35,264 bases of DNA, from positions 1 through 35,264 of the forward strand of contig JBDNHS010000348.1 in NCBI GenBank assembly GCA_041688685.1, read 5' to 3'. Made by a program: the position numbers and the translations under genes. Numbering within the stretch: position 1 is the first letter of the stretch; each line of letters starts with the position of its first letter. The notes beneath the pieces were generated by a model. That model worked only from the letters and a program-made list of their open reading frames with translations, was not told the origin of the DNA and searched no databases. The DNA comes from Candidatus Kapaibacterium sp. (GTDB taxonomy: Bacteria; Bacteroidota; Ignavibacteria; Kapaibacteriales; UBA2268). This document shows positions 24,525 to 34,279 of the stretch, piece after piece.

Positions 24525-25829
24525 TTAATCAAAATATCGACGAATTGGCTTGAACCAAGTGTCACCAATACTCATGTTTACAATAAATCTTCCAAAATAT
24601 TCATTAATTAACCCGTTGTCTATTGTGCCACGCTGTCCCATAATGAACGCCATATCTATCATACCTGTACCTGGGACTGGTATATTTAGACCAAATGAAC
24701 CTGATATTTCATTCAAGTTTGTATTATTTACATTATAATAAAGCTGACTGTAAGCTACCCCAAAATTATAACCTAATTTATCCAAAAAGTCAGCACTTCT
24801 TTGTGGATTGCCTACTCTTCTTACGCCCAAGGAAAATTTATAGCTATTTTGAAAAGAAGATGCTACGTTTTTGTTAAAATCTAAATTTGTGAAGTCTTGC
24901 GTAATAAAATCACTCGCCAAAATAAACTTACCTGTTTTGTAAGCTAAACCAATCCCTATTTCTGTTGTTAGACTTATTGTTTGTTGAGTATTTATAATAG
25001 TATCAATCGAAAATTGTGTGATAAACTCATTTGTATTTGAGTAACTGAAGTTGTTATTGATATTAAGAAATCCTCCAATAGATAGATTTTCTATAGCAGT
25101 TAAATTAAACCCAAATTTAGTACTTAATCCACCAAAAGAACTCTCTTTATAAGTTGCCGATCTAAAAGTAAAGCTTTCAAAATAAGATGTACTTGAAGTG
25201 TTTTTAATATTGCCTAAATGCCCTGTAACACTGATACCCAATGCAAGATAATCGGTTGGACGGGCTGAAACTCCCAAATAAACATTTGTAATTCCGCCAT
25301 TACCTTCGTATTTAGTTGTTCCATTGACTGTAATTCCCTCGGCGGACTTGCTTGTTGGATTAGAAATAAAATAATTGACAGTTGAATGAGAATACAGACC
25401 CAAACTCGCTGATATACCCATCGATGTATCTATCGAAAAAATAGCCAAAACATCATTCAATTTCCCATTATTTTGGAATAGTGATTGGGTTGCACTTTCG
25501 TTGTAATGTTGGTTAAATTTGTATCCAAATTGCAATCTTGTTGTCTCTACATAAGACCACATTGCTGGATTTTGGAGATTAATTGCATATTCAGAAGGGA
25601 CAGAGATTGATGTACCTGACAATCCATCATAAAATGCACCATTATTACGGTTTAGCTCACCTATTCCAAATAATGAATAATTAGACCCACCTTGAGAATA
25701 CGAGCTATTATAATTACTTAATAAAATTAATAGCAGTGATAATAATTTGAATATATTTTTCTTGATTTTATAATCAATTTGATTATTCTTAATTTTAAGA
25801 AAATGTTTTTTTTCTGTGGATTTTAACAC
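24525..25829 (-). CDS. outer-membrane beta-barrel protein, FadL/PorV-like
   Basis: Signal peptide, N-terminal ...GLSGTSISVPSEYAINLQNPAMW (NPA motif typical of FadL/PorV-type barrels), and strand-like periodicity throughout. Confidence 0.5.
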   Translation of the reverse strand: MLKSTEKKHFLKIKNNQIDYKIKKNIFKLLSLLLILLSNYNSSYSQGGSNYSLFGIGELNRNNGAFYDGLSGTSISVPSEYAINLQNPAMWSYVETTRLQFGYKFNQHYNESATQSLFQNNGKLNDVLAIFSIDTSMGISASLGLYSHSTVNYFISNPTSKSAEGITVNGTTKYEGNGGITNVYLGVSARPTDYLALGISVTGHLGNIKNTSSTSYFESFTFRSATYKESSFGGLSTKFGFNLTAIENLSIGGFLNINNNFSYSNTNEFITQFSIDTIINTQQTISLTTEIGIGLAYKTGKFILASDFITQDFTNLDFNKNVASSFQNSYKFSLGVRRVGNPQRSADFLDKLGYNFGVAYSQLYYNVNNTNLNEISGSFGLNIPVPGTGMIDMAFIMGQRGTIDNGLINEYFGRFIVNMSIGDTWFKPIRRYFD

Positions 25830-25936
25830 TTAATAATACCTTTTTGCAAAATATTTATTTTTATGATTTTTGATTTGATAGCAATATGTAAAGTTTCGGA
25901 AAGTATAGAAAGAATATATATTCTAAAATATACTTT

Positions 25937-27316
25937 CTAATTTTGTCTTCGAGTATAAAATACCGTTAACTTTGGTCTTTTAGTAATATCAGCGGATTTT
26001 GTACCGTGAAATACATATCTATCAAAATTTCTTTGTTCTTCAAAATCATTTGCATTTCTATTTGTATAGAATACCAAAATGCCTTTGCCATCTGTTTGAT
26101 TCCATTTTTGAACAGCACTTGATATACTTGGGAATACATATTTATTGGTACCAGTTTCTTTTAGTGCGGCATAAGGTGGATTATAGAATTTGGCTCCAAT
26201 CCAATCCAAGCCAGCCACCAAAGTTGAATCAATTATATTATTTCCGTGATAAGTTTCTTCTGGTATCAAATACATTTCTAATTGTGCTTTGACTATTGAA
26301 GATTTTTGAGGAATTGCAGATAAATCAAAAAATAATTGACTTCTAATAGCAACCCCACCTTGTACAATGATTTTATTCTCATCGCTTGGTTTATCTACAT
26401 TTGTAATTGTATGGACAACAGACCTTCTTATTTTCAAAGTGTCAATTACGTCTTTTTTGTTTTTGTAGATAACTTCAATAGTTGGATAAAATGCGTCATT
26501 TTTGTAGGTGTCGTTTCTTGTGCCAAATGAACTGATATATTTTGAATTATCATTAGGTATAATACCAAATGAATAACTATATACATTAGTATCTCTACTT
26601 TCTGAGAATCTAAGCCATTTTACGATAAAATTTTTGTCAATATCAATGCCGATTTTATCATTTGTATCTTTTTTAGTGATTTTGCCGTCAAAACTGCCGA
26701 TTTTATTCGGTATAAAAAATGAACTATTCACAGTACCGCCACCAACTCCACCTGGATACACATTTTCCCAAGTAGTTGAGGTGTCCATTCCTTCTTTTAA
26801 TTCATATAAATCAAACCCAATATTGCCATTAATTGTATCGCCAATTCCATATCTCTCTGCTCTCAAAAATAACTTTGCAGAAATGATATTTGATTCATTA
26901 ACATAAGTCAAAGAATCAGGCACAAATCTATATCTCAAAAATGCAATAGCAGTGATATCATTAAATTTACCAATATGGAAAATTGATTGATTGTGTAGGA
27001 TTTTTAGTCGTACAATTGAATTTTCGGAGTTTGTTATCAACTCGACCTCTTCTGTAGAAATTGATTCTATTTCAAGAGTATCGAGTGGAAATCCGAGAGT
27101 AGTTGGATTTTCATTGCAAGAATTAAGTACAATTAATAAGAACAAAAATAGACACAAACTACATTTGGGTAAAGAAAAATGAGTTCGTAAATTTGTCTGT
27201 AAATTTGAAACTAAATTAAGTCGGAGATTTTTCAATATATTTATAGCTAACATTTTAAATTTTGAATTATTGCTTGATATGTTAAGATTTGATATAATAT
27301 TAAAATGTAAAGACAT
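25937..27316 (-). CDS. lipoprotein, function unknown
   Basis: Lipobox LIVLNSC after a hydrophobic segment. It lies directly upstream of the FadL/PorV-like barrel on the same strand. The true start may be internal. Confidence 0.5.
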   Translation of the reverse strand: MSLHFNIISNLNISSNNSKFKMLAINILKNLRLNLVSNLQTNLRTHFSLPKCSLCLFLFLLIVLNSCNENPTTLGFPLDTLEIESISTEEVELITNSENSIVRLKILHNQSIFHIGKFNDITAIAFLRYRFVPDSLTYVNESNIISAKLFLRAERYGIGDTINGNIGFDLYELKEGMDTSTTWENVYPGGVGGGTVNSSFFIPNKIGSFDGKITKKDTNDKIGIDIDKNFIVKWLRFSESRDTNVYSYSFGIIPNDNSKYISSFGTRNDTYKNDAFYPTIEVIYKNKKDVIDTLKIRRSVVHTITNVDKPSDENKIIVQGGVAIRSQLFFDLSAIPQKSSIVKAQLEMYLIPEETYHGNNIIDSTLVAGLDWIGAKFYNPPYAALKETGTNKYVFPSISSAVQKWNQTDGKGILVFYTNRNANDFEEQRNFDRYVFHGTKSADITKRPKLTVFYTRRQN

Positions 27317-27358
27317 TTTATTTAAGTTTTAATTGTTTTTATTTGTTTACGTACATAC

Positions 27359-27402
27359 TTTGAGAAATTATTGAGAAACTATTGGGAAAATTAGAAAATG
27401 AG
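27359..27402. repeat. 12-bp periodic tandem repeat (TTGAGAAAnTAn) about x4
   Basis: Copies at 27359, 27371, 27382 (TTGGGAAA) and 27391 (TTAGAAAA), about 45-85 nt upstream of the lipoprotein gene start (27316, minus strand). Confidence 0.8.
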
Positions 27403-27629
27403 TATTAATGCATAATTAATCTAAAAAATGATGTAAATTAATTTCAAAATCCTAATTCAAAATTAATAAATATTGAATACTTTAAAATTAGATTTTTTAT
27501 AATTATATTTTTTGCATAAATTGCAGTAATGTTATGATATTATGATAAATATTTATAATTTTTACAAAAATTTATCTAATATAATTGACTATAAAATGAG
27601 AAATTAAAAATTATACCTAAGGAATATAT

Positions 27630-29798
27630 ATGAACAGTTTTGACTTATTAAATAACACTAAACAAAATGCTAACAATAATAAAAAATCTAAATATTGCTA
27701 CTATTTTCTATTTGCAATAATTTATTTGGTTTCATTCCAAAATAGTTATTCTTACAGAAATCTTGATTCACGAGATTTGGCTGTCTTGATTGACGTAACA
27801 GTAAATAATAGCCCGCCAAGTATTACACTTAAATGGCAGAAAAATGAATTGTCTGTTGGGTACGAAGTACGTAGAAAAAGTATTTTTGATGAATATTTCC
27901 CCCAATTCATATTGGCAACTTTAGATACTAATACATTGACTTACACAGATATAAATGTAAAAGTTGGTGATATATATGAGTATGAGGTACGCTCAAATTC
28001 TATAGGTAAATATAATCTTAATGGTACTGTCGGTACTAATTTTATTGCCTTTGGTTATGTAATAGCAGGTATTAATGCAAATATTCAGAGATATACAAAT
28101 GTTGCTTTGGTAATTGATGAAACTATTGCCGAGCCTTTGTCAGATGAAATTAATAGACTAAAAGAAGATTTAGTTGCCGAAGGGTTAAATGTAATAGAAT
28201 TAGTGGTACCAAGAGCCGAAGAATTTGATAAAGACAAAGTAAAATCTGTCAAAGAAAGTTTGACTGCAATCAACCAACAAACTCCATTAAAATACATTTA
28301 TTTATTGGGAAGAGTGCCTGTTCCATATTCTGGCGATATTGCTCCTGATGGTCATGTGCCAGACCATAAAGGTGCGTGGCCCACTGATTTATATTATGGC
28401 GTTTTTGATGAGACAATTTGGACTGATGAATTTGTAAATAATACTAATGGAAACAGAGAAGTAAACAAAAATATCCCTGGCGATGGGAAATTTGACCAAA
28501 ATCAATTATTCACACAAAGTTTTCAATATTATGCTACTGCTGGAGTTGGTAGAGTTGATTTCTTTAATATGACTGAATTTACCAAATCTGAAATTGAATT
28601 ATTGAGAATGTATTTAGACAAAAATCACAAGTTTAGAACTAATCAAATAGGATATACTTACAAAGGGCTAATAGATGACAATTTTAATGCAACTGGGTTA
28701 CCTGAAGCATTTGCCTCTACTGGCTGGAGAAGTTTGTCGGCATTGGTTGGAAGTAATAATGTTAGTTTTGAGGATTATTTCACCAAACTTGGTACCGAAT
28801 TTTATTTGTGGTCTTATGGCACTGGACCTGGCTCTGATAATAGTGCTGGTGGTATTGGTACTACAAAAGATTTTGCTACAAAAGAAGTCAAAGGAATATT
28901 TACAATGTTGTTCGGTAGTTACTTTGGAGATTGGAATACCAAAAACAATTTAATGAGAGCCGCAATTGCATCCGAACCTAATACTCTTACTTGCTCTTGG
29001 TCTGCCAGACCACATTGGTATTATCATCACATGGGGCTTGGACTTCCGATTGGATATTCTACATTGGCAACTGTAAATAATTATAATACTTACATTCCAA
29101 ATTATTATATTCCAAGCAGTGGAATTATTTATGCAAGCAGTATGAAAGGAGTTCATACTGCTTTGATGGGCGACCCTACTCTAACGATGGCAAAAAACTA
29201 TGATATAGAAGAGCCAAAAAATTTACAAGTGCAACAAAAAGGATATAAGTATATTGAAATCAAATGGGAAACTCCTATCACAGGTATTATCCATAATTAC
29301 AACATCTACCGCTCTAATGACAAATACACTGGTTTCAAAAAAGTCAACAAATCTTTAGTGGCTGGCAATACTTATGTTGATGATTATAATGTTAAAGATA
29401 CGGTTTATTATATAGTTGCAAAAACTGAGAGTAGTACTACAAATTCTGGTAGTTTTATGAATCACTCGAAAGGAATTAGAGCTGAAATCATTATGAGTGA
29501 CTTGACCGGAATTGAAGACAATGAAACTCTAAATGATGATTTTAGTTTTGATTTTTATCCAAATCCAACAAATAATTCTATAAATATAAACTATAGTAAT
29601 GAGTTTAACACTAATAATCAAAATGCTAAAATAGAATTAATATCTACAACTGGAAATATAATAAAGACTTATGAATTAAGTGGCAATACGACAATCAATT
29701 TTGATTTAAAGTCAGAGAATTTACCTTTTGGCATTTATTTTATACAATTAACAACAAAGCACAAAACAATCACCAAAAAGTTAGTCTATATTAATTAA
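27630..29798 (+). CDS. T9SS-sorted surface protein with FN3-like modules and a gingipain (C25)-like core that appears to lack catalytic residues
   Basis: The C-terminal FYPNPTNNSININY...GIYFIQL...KKLVYIN is a Por/T9SS sorting domain. The core YIYLLGRVPVPYSGD...PTDLYYG...GVGRVDF resembles the C25 fold, but the expected GHG and Cys contexts read SYGTGPG and FGSYFGDW. Confidence 0.6.
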   Translation: MNSFDLLNNTKQNANNNKKSKYCYYFLFAIIYLVSFQNSYSYRNLDSRDLAVLIDVTVNNSPPSITLKWQKNELSVGYEVRRKSIFDEYFPQFILATLDTNTLTYTDINVKVGDIYEYEVRSNSIGKYNLNGTVGTNFIAFGYVIAGINANIQRYTNVALVIDETIAEPLSDEINRLKEDLVAEGLNVIELVVPRAEEFDKDKVKSVKESLTAINQQTPLKYIYLLGRVPVPYSGDIAPDGHVPDHKGAWPTDLYYGVFDETIWTDEFVNNTNGNREVNKNIPGDGKFDQNQLFTQSFQYYATAGVGRVDFFNMTEFTKSEIELLRMYLDKNHKFRTNQIGYTYKGLIDDNFNATGLPEAFASTGWRSLSALVGSNNVSFEDYFTKLGTEFYLWSYGTGPGSDNSAGGIGTTKDFATKEVKGIFTMLFGSYFGDWNTKNNLMRAAIASEPNTLTCSWSARPHWYYHHMGLGLPIGYSTLATVNNYNTYIPNYYIPSSGIIYASSMKGVHTALMGDPTLTMAKNYDIEEPKNLQVQQKGYKYIEIKWETPITGIIHNYNIYRSNDKYTGFKKVNKSLVAGNTYVDDYNVKDTVYYIVAKTESSTTNSGSFMNHSKGIRAEIIMSDLTGIEDNETLNDDFSFDFYPNPTNNSININYSNEFNTNNQNAKIELISTTGNIIKTYELSGNTTINFDLKSENLPFGIYFIQLTTKHKTITKKLVYIN

Positions 29799-29830
29799 TA
29801 TTTCAGAAAAACGAGAAACGAAGAAAAGAA

Positions 29831-29905
29831 ATGAGAAAGGTGATGATTTATTTGTTCAGTGGTTTTGTTGTAATGCTAATTGTCTTATATCTATTAGGGT
29901 GGTAA
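29831..29905 (+). CDS. 24-aa hydrophobic micro-ORF (speculative)
   Basis: My translation: MRKVMIYLFSGFVVMLIVLYLLGW. It is preceded by the purine-rich GAAACGAAGAAAAGAA. Single TM helix. Confidence 0.2.
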   Translation: MRKVMIYLFSGFVVMLIVLYLLGW

Positions 29906-29980
29906 GATGTAGTACAGAACAATAATTTGAAGGATAATTTTTTTGAGAATATAAAACTGTCTTTTAAGTATTATTTTGGG

Positions 29981-30202
29981 TCAATTAATTATTTGGTAAA
30001 TTATCCTACAATCATATCCACAAGTACAAGAATAAAAATCATTCAATCTACCAACTAATTTGTGACTGTTAAGAGTATTTTCGAAGGGATTTTCTACCAA
30101 TATTTGTAACAACTTTTCAAATTTGGCTTTAAATTCGCTGTTATTTTTAATAATTTTAACTAATTTTTTCTTAAATCGTTTGGTAGTTAGGATTTTGAAC
30201 AT
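29981..30202 (-). CDS. RelE/ParE-superfamily toxin (YafQ/RelE-like mRNA interferase)
   Basis: 73 aa. KRFKKKLVKIIK...LLQILVENPFENTLNSHKLVGRLNDFYSCTCGYDCRIIYQI matches the RelE/YafQ pattern. Confidence 0.7.
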   Translation of the reverse strand: MFKILTTKRFKKKLVKIIKNNSEFKAKFEKLLQILVENPFENTLNSHKLVGRLNDFYSCTCGYDCRIIYQIIN

Positions 30203-30205
30203 AAA

Positions 30206-30418
30206 TCAATTCAACTCCATTTCAATGTTATCCATAAATTCAGACACAGTAAGTGGCTCAACCAAACCTTTTTTGTAATCATTTATAGCTATATTTGTTT
30301 CTTTTGTAATAGTTTGATAATACAATTCTTCATCATTATTGATGAAATACTCTAAAATTTCAAATTTTTCTGTCATATTTAAATTAGAAATTTCATCAAT
30401 TATTTCTTGAACACTCAT
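30206..30418 (-). CDS. cognate antitoxin candidate, 70 aa
   Basis: Ends 3 nt before the toxin start, on the same strand. Small acidic protein. Family not recognised. Confidence 0.5.
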   Translation of the reverse strand: MSVQEIIDEISNLNMTEKFEILEYFINNDEELYYQTITKETNIAINDYKKGLVEPLTVSEFMDNIEMELN

Positions 30419-30569
30419 AATTATAACCTAAATAATATCCTAAATTTTGAAATAATAACTCAAACGTATATTTTTATTTTATATTTGAAAACCCAATTCT
30501 CGCTTTTACTCAACAATTCCACCTCGTAACTGCCATTAATAATATTATTTCCAATTCCAAAAATAAAAA

Positions 30570-32027
30570 TTATAGAACTACTTCGCCGAATAGTGTCGCT
30601 GATGTGGAAGATGTGATTTTTACATTTATCAAGTCTCCAGATTTTATTCCTTCTTGATAAGGGAAAAAACATACTTTATTGGACTCAGACCTGCCCTGCC
30701 AACCTGTGCCTTTCCTTTTTCCTTCTCCCTCGACTAATACCTCGTGAGTACGTCCGATTTCTTCTTTATTTAATTCTGCTGCTACAGCGTGCTGTTGGTC
30801 AATAATCTCTTGTAATCTTCTGGCTTTTACCTCTTCTGGTACATCGTCCTCGTATTTCCAAGCAAGTGTATTTTCTCTTGGCGAATATTTGTACATATAT
30901 GCACCATCATATCTCACTTCTCTCATCAAAGATAATGTTTCCTGGTGATCTTGTTCTGTTTCCGAGCAAAATCCAGCAATTACATCTGTAGTCAAAGCAA
31001 CTCCAGGTACATATTTTCTAATCATTTCAATTCTTTGCAAATATTGTTCTCTGGTATAATCTCTTCTCATTTTTTTAAGAATATTATTTGAGCCGGCTTG
31101 AACAGGTAAATGTATATAATTAGAAATTGCTTTGTAATCTCTGTGTGCTTCGATTAGTCTGTCACTCATATCGTGAGGGTGTGAGGTGCTATATCTTATT
31201 CTTAATTCTGGTACTTCTTTGGCAATTGCAATCATCAAATCAGGGAAATCATTACCATTTTTTTCATCACGATAACTATTTACATTTTGTCCCAAAAGTG
31301 TAATTTCTTTTATGCCATTTTCATATAATCCAATCGCTTCTTTGACAACAGAATCCATTGGGCGAGAACGCTCTCTTCCACGAGTATAGGGTACAACGCA
31401 GAATGCACAAAAATTATTACAGCCACGCATAATAGAAATCCAAGCACTAAACCCTTCGGTCCTAAGTGGAATAATATCATCATAAGTTTCCACCTTACTT
31501 AATTTGACTGCTATGCCTTGCTCGCCACCAATAGCACTTTCGACAAGTGCAGGCAAGTTACGATATTCATCTGGACCGACAACTATGCTTACCAAATCCT
31601 GCTCGCCGATAAGTTTGGACTTAAGTCTTTCAGCCATACAACCCAAAATGCCAACAACTAACTTAAACTTTTTCTTTTTGTATCTTCTAAGGTGAGCTAA
31701 TCTATGAAAAATCTTTTTTTCTGCATTATCTCTAATTGAGCAAGTATTAAGCAAAATCACATCAGCATTATCTGCTGTGTCAGTAATCGAAAACCCTTCG
31801 GATAACATAATCGAGGATACAATCTCAGAATCTGCGACATTCATCTGACAGCCATAAGTTTCGATATATACTTTTTTGCCACGAGGTTTGATGAAATCTA
31901 ACTTTGGTCCAGTCAATATGTTAGAACTATGGTGTAATAACGGAATTGAAGTTTGTAAATTTGTTGTTTGTAAATTTGTAGCAGTATTAATATTACTAAT
32001 TTTAGGGTTTGATAAATCTATATACAT
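30570..32027 (-). CDS. miaB: tRNA-i6A37 methylthiotransferase MiaB
   Basis: UPF0004 domain VYIETYGCQMN, radical-SAM cluster motif CNNFCAFCVVP, C-terminal TRAM domain. It carries a ~50-aa N-terminal extension. Confidence 0.95.
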   Translation of the reverse strand: MYIDLSNPKISNINTATNLQTTNLQTSIPLLHHSSNILTGPKLDFIKPRGKKVYIETYGCQMNVADSEIVSSIMLSEGFSITDTADNADVILLNTCSIRDNAEKKIFHRLAHLRRYKKKKFKLVVGILGCMAERLKSKLIGEQDLVSIVVGPDEYRNLPALVESAIGGEQGIAVKLSKVETYDDIIPLRTEGFSAWISIMRGCNNFCAFCVVPYTRGRERSRPMDSVVKEAIGLYENGIKEITLLGQNVNSYRDEKNGNDFPDLMIAIAKEVPELRIRYSTSHPHDMSDRLIEAHRDYKAISNYIHLPVQAGSNNILKKMRRDYTREQYLQRIEMIRKYVPGVALTTDVIAGFCSETEQDHQETLSLMREVRYDGAYMYKYSPRENTLAWKYEDDVPEEVKARRLQEIIDQQHAVAAELNKEEIGRTHEVLVEGEGKRKGTGWQGRSESNKVCFFPYQEGIKSGDLINVKITSSTSATLFGEVVL

Positions 32028-32047
32028 TATTGGAATTTCTTATTTAA

Positions 32048-32099
32048 TTTTTTGAGACAACTTTTTGAGACAATTTTTTGAGATATTATTTAGATAATT
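32048..32099. repeat. 13-bp tandem repeat (TTTTTGAGACAAn) x3 plus a degenerate fourth copy
   Basis: Copies at 32048-32060, 32061-32073 and 32074-32086, degenerate copy at 32087-32099. The array begins 21 nt upstream of the miaB start, downstream of queE. Confidence 0.85.
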
Positions 32100-32224
32100 T
32101 CTTGAATTTAAACAATTTCAATGTAATTAAACGAATAATATTGAGTTTTTATTGTATAAATCCAAATTTCACTTAATGAATTATTTTATTCATCTTACAT
32201 TTACAATTTCAATCTAATTTTAAT

Positions 32225-32950
32225 CTAAACGCCACGCGTGTTTGGTTCCCAAATGAATTTATGTAGTTGTAATTGCATTCTGATATTATAATGTTGTGAC
32301 AAAATCATTTCTGCTAATAATTTTGGCTCCATAGTATCAAAAACAGGCGAGAATAAAATTGTATCTACTTTTTTATCAAGATTATACTCTTTTATTTTTG
32401 CTATTGACCAATGAAAATCATCGGTAGATGCAATTACAAACTTAACCTCATCATATTTATTTAGATAATCTACATTTTCAAAGTTATTTTTATTGCTCAT
32501 TTTGGAGTCTGGGCATTTGAAGTCAATGATTTTGAAAGCTCTATTATCCACTTTGTCAGTCAACACCTGTCCGTTAGTTTCGATTACCACTTCATAATCA
32601 TCATTTAGCAAAAGGGTAATAAAATCAAAGACGTCTTCCTGCTCCAATGGTTCGCCTCCAGTAAGCATAATTCTTTTGCAATTAAACTTAGCGATATCAT
32701 CTAATATCTCTTGACCAGTCTTGAGTTTCTCTATTTTTTTTCTATCAAGAGCATAAGGAGTATCACACCAAACGCATCTCAACAAACAACCTTGAAGTCT
32801 GATAAAAATAAAAGGCATTCCCATTCTTGTGCCTTCGCCTTGAATAGAATAAAATATCTCATTCAAGTTAAATTTCAGGTCAGAATATGACTTCTTTTTA
32901 TTTGTTAATTCAGTAATTTGTACTGTTTGTATTTTATTTTCCAATGCCAT
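32225..32950 (-). CDS. queE: 7-carboxy-7-deazaguanine synthase (radical SAM, queuosine pathway)
   Basis: EIFYSIQGEG, cluster motif CLLRCVWCDT, LTGGEPL, and ~240 aa length. Confidence 0.85.
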   Translation of the reverse strand: MALENKIQTVQITELTNKKKSYSDLKFNLNEIFYSIQGEGTRMGMPFIFIRLQGCLLRCVWCDTPYALDRKKIEKLKTGQEILDDIAKFNCKRIMLTGGEPLEQEDVFDFITLLLNDDYEVVIETNGQVLTDKVDNRAFKIIDFKCPDSKMSNKNNFENVDYLNKYDEVKFVIASTDDFHWSIAKIKEYNLDKKVDTILFSPVFDTMEPKLLAEMILSQHYNIRMQLQLHKFIWEPNTRGV

Positions 32951-33184
32951 TATAAATTAATTGTTTTTATGAATTTCTAATTGTAAATTTGTATATAATT
33001 TAATTGAATTATAATTATATGTAACTACTTAATAAGTGTTACGTATTCCAATTTAAATTAATTTATTTTGAAATTAACTTATTTGCAAAATTATATTTAC
33101 AAAATTAATCAAACTAAATTAATCAATCTATATAAACAATAAACATAATCAATAAACATATCTTTTAATTTATACTGGAAATTT

Positions 33185-34279
33185 ATGAAATTAAATAAAA
33201 ATACCAAATACAACTTCACTATAATAATCCTATTATTTGTATTTATCATTTCTAATCAATCACAATCTTCGGAATTAGATGATTTTATCAAAAATTATAA
33301 TAATTCTAAAAGCAGAGATTTGAGCAGTAACAAAAATAATTTAATTAACTTGAATGATAGCAAATTATCGAATACAAATAACTTATTGTTGAATCAGGTA
33401 ATTTTTGAAGAAGATGAAGATGAAAAAACAGAAGAAGATGAGGATTTTGATGATATATTTGGATTTCAAAACGATTCTAAGTTGTTGCCTGGTGCCAAAA
33501 GTTTTGATAATTTCTTTGAAAAGCCACATATAAGTCTAACTTATGGAAATAACAATATCAATTATTTGATTGAAAATATCAAGGGTTATACTAATAACTT
33601 TGCATCTTCTAATGCTTTTAAACTAAAATTGGGTGATGTAAAAATCAAAAAAACAAAAAGCGATGACGTATTGGTTTATGATGCGAGTTATTTTGCAATA
33701 TCAAACTTTACTAATGAAATAAATACACCCACTGACGCAAGTCAAATAAACTTTAATGCGTGGAGAATAAGTTTATTCGGAAATAATGAAGGGTATGCTT
33801 ATAAAATTGGTGACGAATCTTACTTAGCACTCACAAATGGTAGTGAATTAAATTGGAACTTTTTGAGATTGGGGGATGTATATTCTTCCAACGATTCAGC
33901 AGCTAAAGTGGCAATGGCAAACTTCGGACAAGAGGTAAGATTTGGGAATAGCTTTGAAGCTGGCATAAAAATGAAATTTTTGGGTGGATTTGGATTAGAA
34001 GCAAACTACGAAAGAAGTGTAATATTCCAAAGACATTTGTTTTTCAAGTGGGCTGGTAGTGCAATAATTGAGAGCGTTGCCCAAAGTATCGTTGATAGAT
34101 TTGTCAAAAAAATTATGACTTATTCGCCGAGTACAACACCAATAATTAACTTTATCCTCAAAAATGCACTTTCGTATGGTGTTTATGAATTGAGAAAAGA
34201 AAATATGAACTGGCCCTTCGACTCCACTCAACCATTGGTAATTGACAACTTTAAATTTGGCATCACTTACGACTTTTGA
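33185..34279 (+). CDS. secreted hypothetical protein with an acidic tract, possibly outer membrane (terminal Phe)
   Basis: Signal peptide, EEDEDEKTEEDEDFDD tract, C-terminus ...FKFGITYDF. Confidence 0.4.
   Translation: MKLNKNTKYNFTIIILLFVFIISNQSQSSELDDFIKNYNNSKSRDLSSNKNNLINLNDSKLSNTNNLLLNQVIFEEDEDEKTEEDEDFDDIFGFQNDSKLLPGAKSFDNFFEKPHISLTYGNNNINYLIENIKGYTNNFASSNAFKLKLGDVKIKKTKSDDVLVYDASYFAISNFTNEINTPTDASQINFNAWRISLFGNNEGYAYKIGDESYLALTNGSELNWNFLRLGDVYSSNDSAAKVAMANFGQEVRFGNSFEAGIKMKFLGGFGLEANYERSVIFQRHLFFKWAGSAIIESVAQSIVDRFVKKIMTYSPSTTPIINFILKNALSYGVYELRKENMNWPFDSTQPLVIDNFKFGITYDF

Noticed and set aside
30460-30672. 70-aa minus-strand ORF overlapping the 3' end of miaB
   Set aside because: It overlaps the miaB TRAM domain in a different frame and has no motif, so it is probably spurious.
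5179-32099. Short tandem repeats (8-14 bp units at 5179, 5286, 6041, 16721, 27359 and 32048) as CRISPR arrays
   Set aside because: The units are directly adjacent with no spacers, are far shorter than CRISPR repeats, and no cas genes are present.
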